Positions 53,073 through 63,911 of a stretch of 64,000 nucleotides of DNA are shown here, one piece after another. Location of the stretch: contig CAVYJL010000008.1 of assembly GCA_963768865.1 (NCBI GenBank), forward strand, positions 9,307 through 73,306. Direction: 5' to 3'. Numbering within the stretch: the stretch's first letter is position 1; every line of letters begins with the position of its first letter. The DNA comes from an uncultured Coriobacteriia bacterium (lineage in GTDB: Bacteria; Actinomycetota; Coriobacteriia; Anaerosomatales; CAVYJL01). The notes beneath the pieces are model-generated. The model did not search any database and was not told the DNA's origin. It worked only from the letters and a program-made list of their open reading frames with translations. The position numbers were made by a program, and so were the translations under genes.

Positions 53073-54035
53073 ATGAAGCGTTCGACACTCACCAAGCTCC
53101 TCGCCGTCCTCGCGCTGGCGCTGCTCCTGCTCGCCGTCCTCATGCCGGTCGCGGGCATCGCTCGCGCGGGCGGCGGCCATGTGGGCGGAGGCGGAGGCTT
53201 CTCCAGCGGAGGCGGCAGCCACTCGAGCGGAGGTGGCAGCTTCGGCGGAGGCAGCTCGTCAGGCGGCGTGCCCATCCCCATCGTCATCCCCGGCCTCGGC
53301 AGCGGCTTCAGCTCCATCTGCTGCACGCTGCTCACCATCGTCATCATCGGCGTGGTGATCCTGTACTTCATGCGCCGCGCCGGCAAGGGCGGCTCCGACA
53401 AGAGCCTGTTCGACATGGGCGGCGGTCCGATCGCGTCCGCACCGGGCGCCGTCACGCCCCCGCCGATGCCCGCGGATCCGTTCGCGGTCGTGCGCGAGGA
53501 CGACCCCACGTTCAACGACGAGCTCTTCTACGGCCGCGTGAACGAGATGTTCATCGCCATCCAGTACGCATGGATGAACCGCAACATGGAGCCGGCCAGG
53601 CGTTTCCTGTCCGACCAGCAGTTCCCCATCCTGGACCAGGGCGTGAAGGAGTACATCCAGAACGGCACCATCAACAAGCTCCAGAGCATCCACATCGACA
53701 GCATCCAGCCGGTGAGCGTGGAGAAGGAAGGCGACTTCGACATCGCCAAACTGCTCATCACCGCCACGGCCATCGACTTCACCGTGGACGAGCGCACCGG
53801 CGCCCTCGTGAATCCCAAGGAGCTCGGCGACGGCAAGACGCCCAAGACGTTCCAGGAGTACTGGACGTTCATCCGCAAGGTGGGCGCCCAGACCAAGGCC
53901 GACGCGACCATCCAGAAGTGCCCGAACTGCGGCGCTCCGGTCACCGACGGCAACTACGTCAAGTGCGCCTACTGCGGCATGATCATGAACGACCCGGCGC
54001 TGGACTGGGTCCTCATGAGGATCGAGCAGGTGTAG
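53073..54035 (+). CDS. Tim44-like/zinc-ribbon protein with signal peptide and Gly/Ser-rich segment
   Basis: ARAGGG, TM helix, DDPTFNDELFYGRVNEMFIAIQYAW, FQEYWTFIR, CPNCG...CAYCG. Confidence 0.85.
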   Translation: MKRSTLTKLLAVLALALLLLAVLMPVAGIARAGGGHVGGGGGFSSGGGSHSSGGGSFGGGSSSGGVPIPIVIPGLGSGFSSICCTLLTIVIIGVVILYFMRRAGKGGSDKSLFDMGGGPIASAPGAVTPPPMPADPFAVVREDDPTFNDELFYGRVNEMFIAIQYAWMNRNMEPARRFLSDQQFPILDQGVKEYIQNGTINKLQSIHIDSIQPVSVEKEGDFDIAKLLITATAIDFTVDERTGALVNPKELGDGKTPKTFQEYWTFIRKVGAQTKADATIQKCPNCGAPVTDGNYVKCAYCGMIMNDPALDWVLMRIEQV

Positions 54036-54060
54036 CGACCCTTACCTGCCGAGGCACTCA

Positions 54061-54088
54061 AGGGGCCCCGCCATCCGGCGGGGCCCCT
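54061..54088 (+). terminator. Terminator-like hairpin
   Basis: aggggccccgcc-atcc-ggcggggcccct; perfect 12-bp stem 25 nt after the stop. Confidence 0.7.
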
Positions 54089-54134
54089 GTGCGTTGTGGG
54101 GCGTGTGGCGGGTAGCCCTTCTCGTCGGCCGCGC

Positions 54135-54170
54135 GGTTATACGCAGAATCGGTCGATTCTGCGTATAACC
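54135..54170. repeat. Perfect 17-bp inverted repeat
   Basis: ggttatacgcagaatcg-gt-cgattctgcgtataacc. Confidence 0.9.
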
Positions 54171-54301
54171 CCCCCGGACCCGCGCCGCCGTCGCGGCCCT
54201 TGTCGACTGACGGGCCCGGGGCGAACCTGGGATCGGGTGACGTCGGTGGAAGGGCGACCCAGCCTGTCCGCACCGGCCCCATCGGCGAGAAGGGGGACGC
54301 C

Positions 54302-55274
54302 GTGATCGAGAGAGCCGCCAACCAGGCCCAGGGCGACCGTGCGCGTCGTCGCGCCATCGCTGCGCTGCTCCTCGCGGCGCTGCTGCTCACTGCGCTCCTC
54401 GCGCCCACGGCCGCCCTCGCGCGCGCGGGCGGAGGCCAGGTCGGCGGCGGAAGCAGCAGCAGTGGCGGGGGCGGCTCAAGCTCCTCGGGCGGCGGCTTCT
54501 CGTCCGGCTCCTCCGGCGGCTTCTCGTCGAGCAGCAGCGGAGGCTCCGGCGGCGCGCCCGGGCCCTGGGACATCGCCCTCATGATCGGCATCCCGGTGTT
54601 CGTCGTGTCGCTGGTGGGCGGCCTTTTCGCCTGGACATGGTACGTCGGCGGCAAGGCGCTCAAGGAGCAGGGAGCTGCCGAGGCCGCAAAGGTCCAGGCC
54701 CAGGCGGCGGCGGCGAAGGACCTCGAAGCGCTAGTCAAAGACGACCCCGACTTCACCGTCGACGGCTTCTACGACCGCGTGAGCGAGATGTTCATGGCTA
54801 TCCAGGCGGCGTGGGAGGCGCGCGACATGGCCTCGGCACAGCGCTTCTTGTCCACGCAGCAGTACTCGGTGCTCGATTCCGGGGTCAAGGAGCTCGTCGA
54901 GACCGGCCGGATCAACAAGCTCGACGGCATGCACATCGACTCCATGAAGCCGGTGTCAGTGGAGCGCGAAGGCGAGCTGGAGGTCGTCAAGCTTCGACAC
55001 GGCAACCGTGATCGACTACACAGTGGACGAGCGCACCGGCGAGCTCGTGAATCCGGCGGAGCTCGGCGACGGCAAGACGCCCAAGCAGTTCCAGGAGTAC
55101 TGGACGTTCATCCGCAAGGTGGGCGCGCATACCAAGGCCGAGACCACGATCCGGAAGTGCCCGAACTGCGGCGCGCCGGTCGCAGACGGCAACTACGTCG
55201 AGTGCGCCTACTGCGAGACCGTCATGAACGACCCGGCGCTCGACTGGGTGCTCATGCGCATCGAGCAGGTGTAG
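54302..55274 (+). CDS. Tim44-like/zinc-ribbon protein, close paralogue of 53073..54035; lesion near 54995
   Basis: ARAGGG, DDPDFTVDGFYDRVSEMF, FQEYWTFIRKVGA, DPALDWVLMRIEQV. Confidence 0.82.
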
Positions 55275-55326
55275 GCCGCCCCGCCAGCCGCCCCGCTCGG
55301 GTAACCTCCCTTACAGGAGGTAACCC

Positions 55327-56274
55327 ATGACCACGAACCGCCCAGTCCCCACCGCCCAGTTCGGCCTATGCGGAGGCTCCGGGACGCTGTCCTTCGACTT
55401 CCCGGCGGCCCTGAACGACCCCCGCGTAGAGGTCCTCGAAGAAGACCTCTACTTCGACACGCCCTTCGGCACCTCGCCGGCGTTCACGCACTTCCGCGTG
55501 ACCGGCCCGGCAGGCCCGCGCGAGGCGCTCGCCGTCAAGATGCACGGCTGGCGCCGCGGGGTGAAGCGGGCCACGGCCTCCCTGCAGGTCTTCTGGGTGT
55601 TCTCCGAGGCCGGCGTGCGCAAGGTCGTGGCCGACGGCGGCGTGGGCTCGCTCAATCACCTGCTCGATCCGCGCGACGTCGTCGTCCCGGACGACTTCAT
55701 CGACCTCACCGTCAAGCAGGACATCTACGTGCGCGGCGACCACCTGCTCATCATGCGGCAGCCCGTGTGCCCCTCGTTGCACGCGGGGCTGCGAGCCGGG
55801 GCCTCGGCACGATTCCCGCGGGTGTTCCAGCGCGGAACGTACCTGGTCACAGACGGCCCGCGCTTCGAGTCCCCCGCCGAGGTGGACTACATGAAGCGGC
55901 TGGGCGGCGACATCATCGGCCAGTCGTTCGCGCCCGAGGTGTTCCTGGCGCGCGACATCGGCGCTTGCTACGCGGGCGTGTACCTCGTCGTGAACTACGG
56001 CGAGGGCGTCGTGCGCGACTGGGACCACGCGGAGCTCAAGGCCGCCTTCGAGGACGAGTCCGAGGCCATGTCGCGCATCGTGCTGGACGTCGTCGCCGAT
56101 GCCGACCTCGACGCCGCCTGCGGCTGCATGGACCTGCGCAAACCCACCCTCCTCACCCGTGCCGAGGAGGTCAACGCCGGCCCGGCGGCCGGGGGCGTCG
56201 CAACGCCACCCGCCGATCGGGAGGGCGCGCCCTTCGCGCCCGGCCGGGAACCGGAGCACGAGGCGGGCCTGTGA
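55327..56274 (+). CDS. MTAP/PNP-family nucleoside phosphorylase
   Basis: GLCGGSG, DTPFG, GVGSL, PDDFID, DGPRFESPAE, VVNYGEG. Confidence 0.85.
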   Translation: MTTNRPVPTAQFGLCGGSGTLSFDFPAALNDPRVEVLEEDLYFDTPFGTSPAFTHFRVTGPAGPREALAVKMHGWRRGVKRATASLQVFWVFSEAGVRKVVADGGVGSLNHLLDPRDVVVPDDFIDLTVKQDIYVRGDHLLIMRQPVCPSLHAGLRAGASARFPRVFQRGTYLVTDGPRFESPAEVDYMKRLGGDIIGQSFAPEVFLARDIGACYAGVYLVVNYGEGVVRDWDHAELKAAFEDESEAMSRIVLDVVADADLDAACGCMDLRKPTLLTRAEEVNAGPAAGGVATPPADREGAPFAPGREPEHEAGL

Positions 56275-57584
56275 TCGTCGTCGCCGACTGGGTCCTGCCG
56301 GTGGGCGAACCGCCGTTGCGCGAGGGCGCGGTGGTGGTGTGCGAGGGCGCGATCGCGGACGTAGGCCCCGCGGCGGACATCGCTGCGCGCTGGCCCGACG
56401 AGACCGAGACGGTGGAGCTGCCCGGCCGCATCCTCGCGCCGGGCCTCGTCAACGCGCACACGCACCTCGCGCTCACCGTCCTGGAAGGTCTCGCCCCGCC
56501 CGCGCCCATGCCCGATTGGCTGCAGGGCGTGACCAAGGCGGTCGTGGGGCTGTCCGGTCCCGAGTTCGCGGCGTCCTCGGCACGCGGAGCGCTCGAGTGC
56601 CTGCGCGGCGGCGTGACCGTGGTGGCCGACATCGTCTACGGCGTCGAGAGCGCCCGCGCGGCGATCGAGGTGGGCCTGGGCGGCGCGTTCTGCTGGGAGG
56701 TCCTGGGGATGCCCGCCGGCGACATGCGCGAGTCGCTCGACCGTCGAGGCTTCCCGCCGCCCGGCGACGAGCACGCGCTGGGCCCCGAGGATCGCGTGGA
56801 GCCAGGCGTCTCGCCGCACACGCCGTACACCGCCGGGCCCGAGCTCCTGCGCGCCGGCCACGAGTTCGCCCGCCGTCACGGCGCCCCCTACGTCATCCAC
56901 GTAGCCGAGTCCCTTGCCGAGGTCACGGCCCTCGCCCAAGGCGCCGGCCCCCTCGCCGCCACGGCCCGCCGCCTTGCCCACGGCTTCGAGTCGCCGGGCG
57001 TATCGCCTGTCGCCTACCTGGACGGCCTGGGCGTGCTCGACGATGCGGTGTGCGTGCACGTGGTGCACGTGGACGACCACGACATCGCCACCCTGGCTCG
57101 CGCCGCCCGCGGCGCGGTGCTGTGCCCGCGCTCCAACGAATGGCTGGGCAACGGCGCACCGCCGGTGGCGAAGCTGCGCGCCGCCGGCGTGCGGCTAGCG
57201 ATAGGCACGGACTCGGCCGCGAGCAACAGCGACCTGGATCTCTTCGCCGAGATGCGCGAGCTGCGTGCCCTGGATCCGACGATCCCGGCCCAAGAGGCCC
57301 TCTGGATGATGACCGCCGCCGGCGCCCAGCTGCTGGGCATGGCGGGCAGCCTGGGCACGATCGCCGCCGGTACGCAGGCCGACCTCGTGGCCGTGCTCGC
57401 CGATGTGGCGGAGGCCGCCGACCCCACCGCGGCGTTCCTCGAGTACGGCTCGGCCGCCACGGTGGACGCGGTCATGGCGGCGGGTGAATGGGTCGTGCGC
57501 GACGCCGAGCCCGTGCGCGACACGCGCGCGCTCCGCGAGGCCGCGGCGCTCGCGGCGGAACACGCCGCGCAGCTCATGGGGTAG
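56271..57584 (+). CDS. Metal-dependent amidohydrolase (aminofutalosine / methylthioadenosine deaminase-like)
   Basis: PGLVNAHTHL, SPHTPYT, IHVAES, CPRSN, GTDSAASN. Confidence 0.85.
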   Translation: MIVVADWVLPVGEPPLREGAVVVCEGAIADVGPAADIAARWPDETETVELPGRILAPGLVNAHTHLALTVLEGLAPPAPMPDWLQGVTKAVVGLSGPEFAASSARGALECLRGGVTVVADIVYGVESARAAIEVGLGGAFCWEVLGMPAGDMRESLDRRGFPPPGDEHALGPEDRVEPGVSPHTPYTAGPELLRAGHEFARRHGAPYVIHVAESLAEVTALAQGAGPLAATARRLAHGFESPGVSPVAYLDGLGVLDDAVCVHVVHVDDHDIATLARAARGAVLCPRSNEWLGNGAPPVAKLRAAGVRLAIGTDSAASNSDLDLFAEMRELRALDPTIPAQEALWMMTAAGAQLLGMAGSLGTIAAGTQADLVAVLADVAEAADPTAAFLEYGSAATVDAVMAAGEWVVRDAEPVRDTRALREAAALAAEHAAQLMG

Positions 57585-57676
57585 ACGCGGCCGCGTGCGC
57601 GGCCCGCGCGCGTGTCGCGCGCCCGCCGGGGCCCCGTGCGCCCGCCGCGCCCCCGAGGCACGACCCGCGCCCCTCC

Positions 57677-58015
57677 CTACGGTTTGGGCGCCGGACCCGC
57701 GACGGTGATCGTCACGTCGGAGCCCTTCTTGGCCTCCGTCCCCTCCGCGGGCGTTTGCTTGAGCACCGAGAGCGCCTTCTGCCCCGGGGCCGTCTGCTGA
57801 TCCACGAGCACGTGGAAGCCGGCGTCGGAAAGCACGCGCTGGGCCTCGGCATAGTTCAGACCGGTCACGCCTGGCACCTTCATCGTGGCCTTGGGCGTGA
57901 CCGACGAGCAGGCGACCAGGCCCACCCCCACCACGACAAGGACCAGGAACAACGCGGCGGCGATCACTCGCCACGAGCGGCGCCCGCCGCCCTGTGACGT
58001 CTCTGCGGAAGTCAT
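57677..58015 (-). CDS. Small membrane-anchored PASTA-domain protein
   Basis: TM helix, VPGVTGLNYAEAQRVL, QTPAEGT..KKGSDVTITV. Confidence 0.8.
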   Translation of the reverse strand: MTSAETSQGGGRRSWRVIAAALFLVLVVVGVGLVACSSVTPKATMKVPGVTGLNYAEAQRVLSDAGFHVLVDQQTAPGQKALSVLKQTPAEGTEAKKGSDVTITVAGPAPKP

Positions 58016-58075
58016 GCCGGTGACCCCTCCCAACGACTGTGTGGTGGGAGCATACCTCCACCCAGGCGGATGCTC

Positions 58076-58690
58076 CTAGAACACGCCCTGCATGCCGCCC
58101 GGCTTGGGAGCCGGCTGCGCGGGCAGCGCGCCATGCACCGAGACGAACACGAGCGTAGGGTCCAGGCTGTCCGCGAGGACGTCCACGCCCGACGAGAACC
58201 ACAGCCGGAGCGTGCCGTTCTGCACATCGAACGTGTAGACGCCGCGCTGCGCGCCCAGGTCAGGTTGCGTGGTGATCACCACCAGCGTCTCGGGCCCCGC
58301 CGGATACCACTGCCCCGTCTGCCGCACGGCCGCGCCGCGGTCGTTCCAGACGGCGCGATCCACATAGCCGTCGCCGCCCAACACCAGCGTGTACGTCCCC
58401 ACGATGGCCACCTGGCCGGTCGCCGTGGTCTTGGCCACCTCGAACCGCTTGACCCAAGCGCCCCAAACCTCTCGTGCCGAGGCCGTGGGCAGCGCCTTGA
58501 GGTCGGCCGGCGCAGGGGCCGCCGTCGTGTCCCGCGCGGACGGTGCCGAGCACGGCGCGGGCTTCGGGGAAGCGGCACACCCGGCGAGCGAGTAGGCGGC
58601 CAGGCCCACCGCCAGCGCGGCGGCCAAGAGGGCGGCCGAGGCCGCGAGGTGCTGTGCCGCGCGACCGCGCACCCGGCGCGGAGCGGCCAC
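58076..58690 (-). CDS. Hypothetical lipoprotein
   Basis: LAGC lipobox followed by a beta-rich domain. Confidence 0.55.
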   Translation of the reverse strand: MAAPRRVRGRAAQHLAASAALLAAALAVGLAAYSLAGCAASPKPAPCSAPSARDTTAAPAPADLKALPTASAREVWGAWVKRFEVAKTTATGQVAIVGTYTLVLGGDGYVDRAVWNDRGAAVRQTGQWYPAGPETLVVITTQPDLGAQRGVYTFDVQNGTLRLWFSSGVDVLADSLDPTLVFVSVHGALPAQPAPKPGGMQGVF

Positions 58691-59411
58691 TACGACTCGC
58701 CGAGGTACGTCTTGCGCACGGGCTCGTCGTCGAGCAGCTCGCTGCCCTTGCCGGAGAGGCGGATCTCGCCGGTCTCGAGCACGTAGCCGCGGTGCGCGAT
58801 CGACGAGCGCCATGTGCGGCGTTCTGCTCGACGAGCAGGATCGTGATGCCCTCGTCGTTGAGCTTCTGGATGATCTCGAAGATCGATCTCGACGACGACC
58901 GGCGCCAGACCCATCGACGGCTCGTCGAGCATGAGCAGCTTCGGGGCTCGCCATCAGGCCGCGGCCCATCGCGAGCATCTGCTGCTCGCCGCCGGAGAGC
59001 GTGCCGCCCTTCTGCGCGACGCGCTCCTTGAGGCGCGGGAAGAGCTCGAAGACGCGCTCGAGTCGACTCGTCGATGCCCGTCCTTGTCGTTGCGCAGGAA
59101 CGCGCCCATCTCGAGGTTCTCCTCGACGGTCATGCGCGGGAAGATGCGACGGCCCTCGGGAACCTGGATGATGCCCTTGCGCGGTGACCTTGTGGGCCGG
59201 CATGCCCGCGATGTTCTCGTCGCTGGAACACGATCGTGCCCTCGGCGGGCGCGAGCTGGCCCGAGATGGTCTTGAGCGTCGTCGACTTGCCGGCGCCGTT
59301 CGCGCCGATGAGCGTGACGATCTCGCCCTCGTTGACCTCGATCGAGATGCCCTTGAGCGCCTCGATCTTGCCGTAGAAGGTAGGTGGATGTTCAGTACGA
59401 CTTTCAGCCAT
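58690..59411 (-). CDS. livF: Branched-chain amino acid ABC ATPase; indels
   Basis: [39 protein letters not shown]. Confidence 0.88.
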
Positions 59412-60249
59412 CGGTCGACCGTCTCGCGACGTCGTCGCTGCGGCACTGCCGTACCTCGCGTGCGCCATGCAGCATCGCTTCGGCACCCTTGCCGAGGTAC
59501 GCCTCGATGACCTTCGGGTTGCGCTGGATCTCCGTCGGCATGCCCTCGGCGATCTTCTCGCCGAAGTCGAGCACGTCGATGCGGTCGGCGATGCCCATGA
59601 CGACCTTCATGTCGTGCTCGATGAGCAGGACCGTGATGCCGAGGTCGCGGACCTTGCCGCACGAGCTCGGTGAGCCTGCGCGTCTCCTGCGGGTTCATGC
59701 CGGCGGCCGGCTCGTCGAGCAGGAGGAGCTTCGGCTCGGTGGCCAGCGCGCGCGCGATCTCGAGCCGGCGCTGCTCGCCGTACGGGCAGGTTCTTGGCGA
59801 GCTCGTTGGCCTTGTCGCGCCAGCCCCACGAAGCGCAGCCACTTGAGCGCCTCGTCGACCGTCTGCTGCTCCTCGCGCTTGAACTTCGGCGTGCGCAGGA
59901 CCGCCTGCAGCGGGCCGGCCTTCGTGCGCGTGTGCCGTCCGACCATGACGTTCTCGAGCGTCGTCATGTTCGCGAACAGGCGGATGTTCTGGAACGTGCG
60001 CGCGATGCCCATCTGGCAGATCGTGTGCGGCTTCATGCCGCCCAGCGGTCTTGCCGTCGAAGGTCGAGCGTGCCCTCGGTGGGCTTGTAGATGCCGGTCA
60101 TCAGGTTGAAGAACGTCGTCTTGCCGGCGCCGTTCGGGCCGATCAGCGCGACGATCTCACCCGTCGTCGATGTGCAAGTCGACGTCGCGACACGGCCTTC
60201 AGACCGCCGAACTGCATCGTGACGTTTTTGGCTTCTACCAGAGTGCCAT
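59404..60249 (-). CDS. livG: Branched-chain amino acid ABC ATPase; indels
   Basis: [39 protein letters not shown]. Confidence 0.88.
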
Positions 60250-61514
60250 CTTGAGCTCGCCTTCCGGTGCGCCCGGGCTGCGCTCGTCGCTAGGATGATC
60301 TCGCCGGTGCTGCTGTCGTTGCTGGGCGTCGTAGAGCGTCTGGTTCTCGTCGCCCAGGATGTCGTCGCTCGCGGGCTGAGCTCCGAGCGCGACGCTTGGA
60401 CGGGATGATGCCTTGTGGTCGCCACGGCCATCATGACGACCATGAGCAGACCGAAGACCAGGTAGCGGTAGTTGCTGATCGGCGCGACCTGGTCGGCCGT
60501 GACAGCCGGCAGACACGGGCAGCTGGCCGAGCAGCCAGCGGATGATCTCCGGCAGCCCGCGATGATGACCGCGCCGACGATGACGCCCGGGATCGAGCCC
60601 ATGCCGCCGAGCACGACGATGCACACGACGAACACCGACTCCATGAAGGTGAACGACTCAGGGCTGATGAACCGCTGCAAGTAGGCGAACGTGACGCCCG
60701 CGACGCCGCCCCACAGCGCGCCGAGCGAGAACGCCCACAGCTTCGGCGTCGTGATGTTGATGCCGCACGGACGCCGCCGCGACCTCGTCCTCGCGCATCG
60801 CGACCCACGCGCGGCCGAGCCGGGAGTTGTCGAGCCGGCGCACGACGAAGATCGTGACGAGGCACAGGCGCGACGATGACGTAGTACCAGAACAGGTTCG
60901 TGACGTGAACGTGAACGTGCCGATCGGCGTCTGAGAATCGGACGTTGTCCTGAGCCACTGCGCGACCGAACGGCTCGGGCACGAACTCGGCCGCGCCCGG
61001 GCAGGCCCGCCGCGCCGTTCGTGAGCCCGAAGATGTTGTTGTTGATGCAGATGCGCACGATCTCACCGAAGCCGAGCGTGACGATGGCGAGGTAGTCGCC
61101 GCGCAGGCGCAGGACCGGCGAGCCGAGCGCGACGCCCGTGCACGCCGCCGCGAGCGCGGCGATGGGCAGCATGCGATCAGTAGCACGGCACCGGAGCACG
61201 TGCGCCGCGAGACGCTGGAGCACGACGTCGCCGAGGAGGACGCCCGCGTACGCGCCCATCGCGTAGAACGCGATGTAGCCAAGGTCGAGCAGGCCCGCGT
61301 AGCCGACCACGATGTTCAGTCCCAGCGCGAGCATGACGTAGATGCCGATGACGGCCGATGATGCGGACGAGGAAGCAGCTCTGCCGACGCCTGGAAGACG
61401 ATCGGAACCACGACGAGCGCGAACGCGAGTAGCCGCGTAGACAGCGCTTCTTGCAGCGGCGTGAGCCTTGCTTCGGCGACGACCGCGTCTTGACGTCCAT
61501 CTTGCTTCCGCCAT
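60235..61514 (-). CDS. livM: Branched-chain amino acid ABC permease; indels, 3' end approximate
   Basis: [42 protein letters not shown]. Confidence 0.88.
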
Positions 61515-61518
61515 GGCG

Positions 61519-62507
61519 CTACACCTTCTCCACGACGGACTCGCCGAGCAGGCCGCCCGGTCGGAAGATGAGGACGAGGATGAGGATCGCGAACGCGATG
61601 ACGTCCTTGTAGCCGGTGGACAGGAAGCCTGCCGGCGAGCGACTCGACGATGCCGAGGAGGAAACCGCCGAGCATCGCTCCGCGCAGGTTGCCGATGCCG
61701 CCGATGACGGCCGCGGTGAACGACTTGATGCCCGGGATGAAGCCCATGTTGAACTTGATCGACCCGTAGTACATGCCGGAGAAGATACCGGCCACCGCGC
61801 CGAGCGCGGGGCCGATGAAGAACGCGAGCGCGATGACGCGGTTGATGTCGACGCCCATGAGGCCCGCGGCCTCACGGTCCTGCGAGGTCGCCCGCATCGC
61901 CTTGCCCATCCGCGTCTTGACGATGAACGTGTCGAGCACGAGCCAGCAGCACGAGCGACGTCACGACGATGAAGATCTGCAGCGTGTTGATCACGGCGCC
62001 GACCGACAGGTGAACGTCGCTGCGCGGTCGAAGCAGTCCGTCGGGAACGGCAGCTGCTTGCGCGTCGATCCAGAGCAGAACCGCGTTCTGCAGGAAGATC
62101 GACACGCCGATGGCCGAGATGAGCGGCGCCAGACGCGGCGCGTGGCGCAGCGGGCCGGTACGCGAAGCGCTCGATGAGCACGCCGAGGATACCGATCGAC
62201 GATCGCTGAGACGGCGAAGGTCGACGACGAGCAGCATGACGAACACCGAAGTCTCCCGATGAAGAACGACTGGACGGGCTCGATGAAGCCCAACTCGAGG
62301 CCTTTGCCACGCCGGGTCCGACAGGACGTTGAGCACGAAGAGTCCGACGTAGGCGCCGACCATGAACATCTCGCTGTGCGCGAAGTTGATCATGAGCAGG
62401 ATGCCGTACACGAGCGTGTAGCCGAGCGCGATGAGCGCGTACAAGCCCGCCCAGCGTCACGCCGTTCACGAGTTGCTGCGAAGCCAGGTACGATCTGCAG
62501 ATGACAC
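61519..62507 (-). CDS. livH: Branched-chain amino acid ABC permease; indels, start approximate
   Basis: [47 protein letters not shown]. Confidence 0.88.
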
Positions 62508-62688
62508 AGCTGGGACTCCCGATGTCTTGCAGTCGGTCGCGGGTAGCCAGATTTCCGCGACTATGCGCGGACTGTCGAACCTCGCTAGTCGCCCTGGCAC
62601 GTCCCGGGCGGGTAGGATCGATGCTGCCCGCCCGGGCCTGTTCGCACATGCAGATCGGCTCAGCGGGACCAGACCTGGATGCCGGAAC

Positions 62689-63911
62689 TTACTTGGCGGC
62701 GGGCGCCCACTCGCCGTCCGCGTCACCGACGTAGAGGGTGATGGCCTTGTTGGTGGTGTCGCCCTTGGCGTCGAACGCGATCGGCGCCGGTGACGCCCTC
62801 GATGTCCGTCTTGGCGACGGCGGCGATGATGGCCTGCTTGCCCTCGGTGGTCGTGAGCTTGTCGGCGCCCATCGTCCTTGGCGACCTCGACGATCGCCTT
62901 GATGATGACCGTCGCGGCGTCATAGGAGTACGCGTCGTACGCAGCGATCTCCTCGCCCGGGTACTTGGCCTTCGAACGCGGCCTTGAACTCCTGGCCCTT
63001 GGGCAGCTGGTCGAGCGGCAGGCCAACGGAGGTCGCGAAGTCGCCCTTGGCGTTGGCCGCACCGGCGAGCTTGATGAACTGCGGGTCGTAGAGACCGTCG
63101 CCGCCCATGAGCGGAGCCGTGACGCCGCCCTCCTTGAGCTGCTTGGCGAGAGAGCGCGCCGGAGTTGTAGATGCCGCCGTAGTACACGAGGTCGGGCTTC
63201 GTGGACTTGATCTTGGTGACGAGCGCCTTGAAGTCGGTGTCCTTGTCGGTGGTCTTCTCGCGGCCGAGGATCTTGCCGCCGTCAGCCTCGAACTGGTCTT
63301 GGCGAACTCGTCGGCCAGACCCTCGCCGTAGGCGGTCGAGTCGTCGACGACGAACGCGGTCTTCTTGCCGAGCGTCCTTGAACGCGTCGTCCGCGGCGAC
63401 CGGGCCCTGGACGGAGTCGATCGTGCAGACGCGGAAGACGTTCGTTGATAGCCCTGCTCGGTGAGCGTCGGGGTTCGTGGAAGCCGGGCGAGACCTGAAC
63501 GACGTTGGCCTGGTTGTAGACCTTGGACGGCCGGGATCGAGACACCCGAGTTCAGGTGGCCCATGACGCCGACGAGGTTCGGGGTCGGACACGAACTGGT
63601 TGGCGACGTTGACGCCCGTCTTCGGGTCGCCCTGGTCGTCGCCCACGACGCCGACGAACTTGATCTTGGCGGCCTTGGCGTCAGCCGAGGCGTTCAGGTC
63701 GCTCGATCGCCAGCTGGGCGCCGTTGACCATACCCTTGCCGAGCGCCGTCGCGCCCTGCGTGATCGGGGCACCGATACCGATCTTGATGGTGGTCTCGCC
63801 GCCGGAGGTACTGCTGGTGCCTCCAGTGGTGCTCGTTCCGCTCGAGCAACCCGCCACCACAACGGTGGCGAGAGCAAGCGCGGCGACGAGCGCAACGATA
63901 CGCTTCGTCAT
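62689..63911 (-). CDS. livK: Branched-chain amino acid ABC substrate-binding lipoprotein; indels
   Basis: VAGC lipobox, DDQGDPKTG, GHLNSG, DDSTAYGEGLA, YSYDA. Confidence 0.85.

Noticed and set aside
58690..63911. liv operon as pseudogenes or programmed frameshifting
   Set aside because: Indels are scattered without slippery sites and the motifs are preserved, which fits sequencing error.
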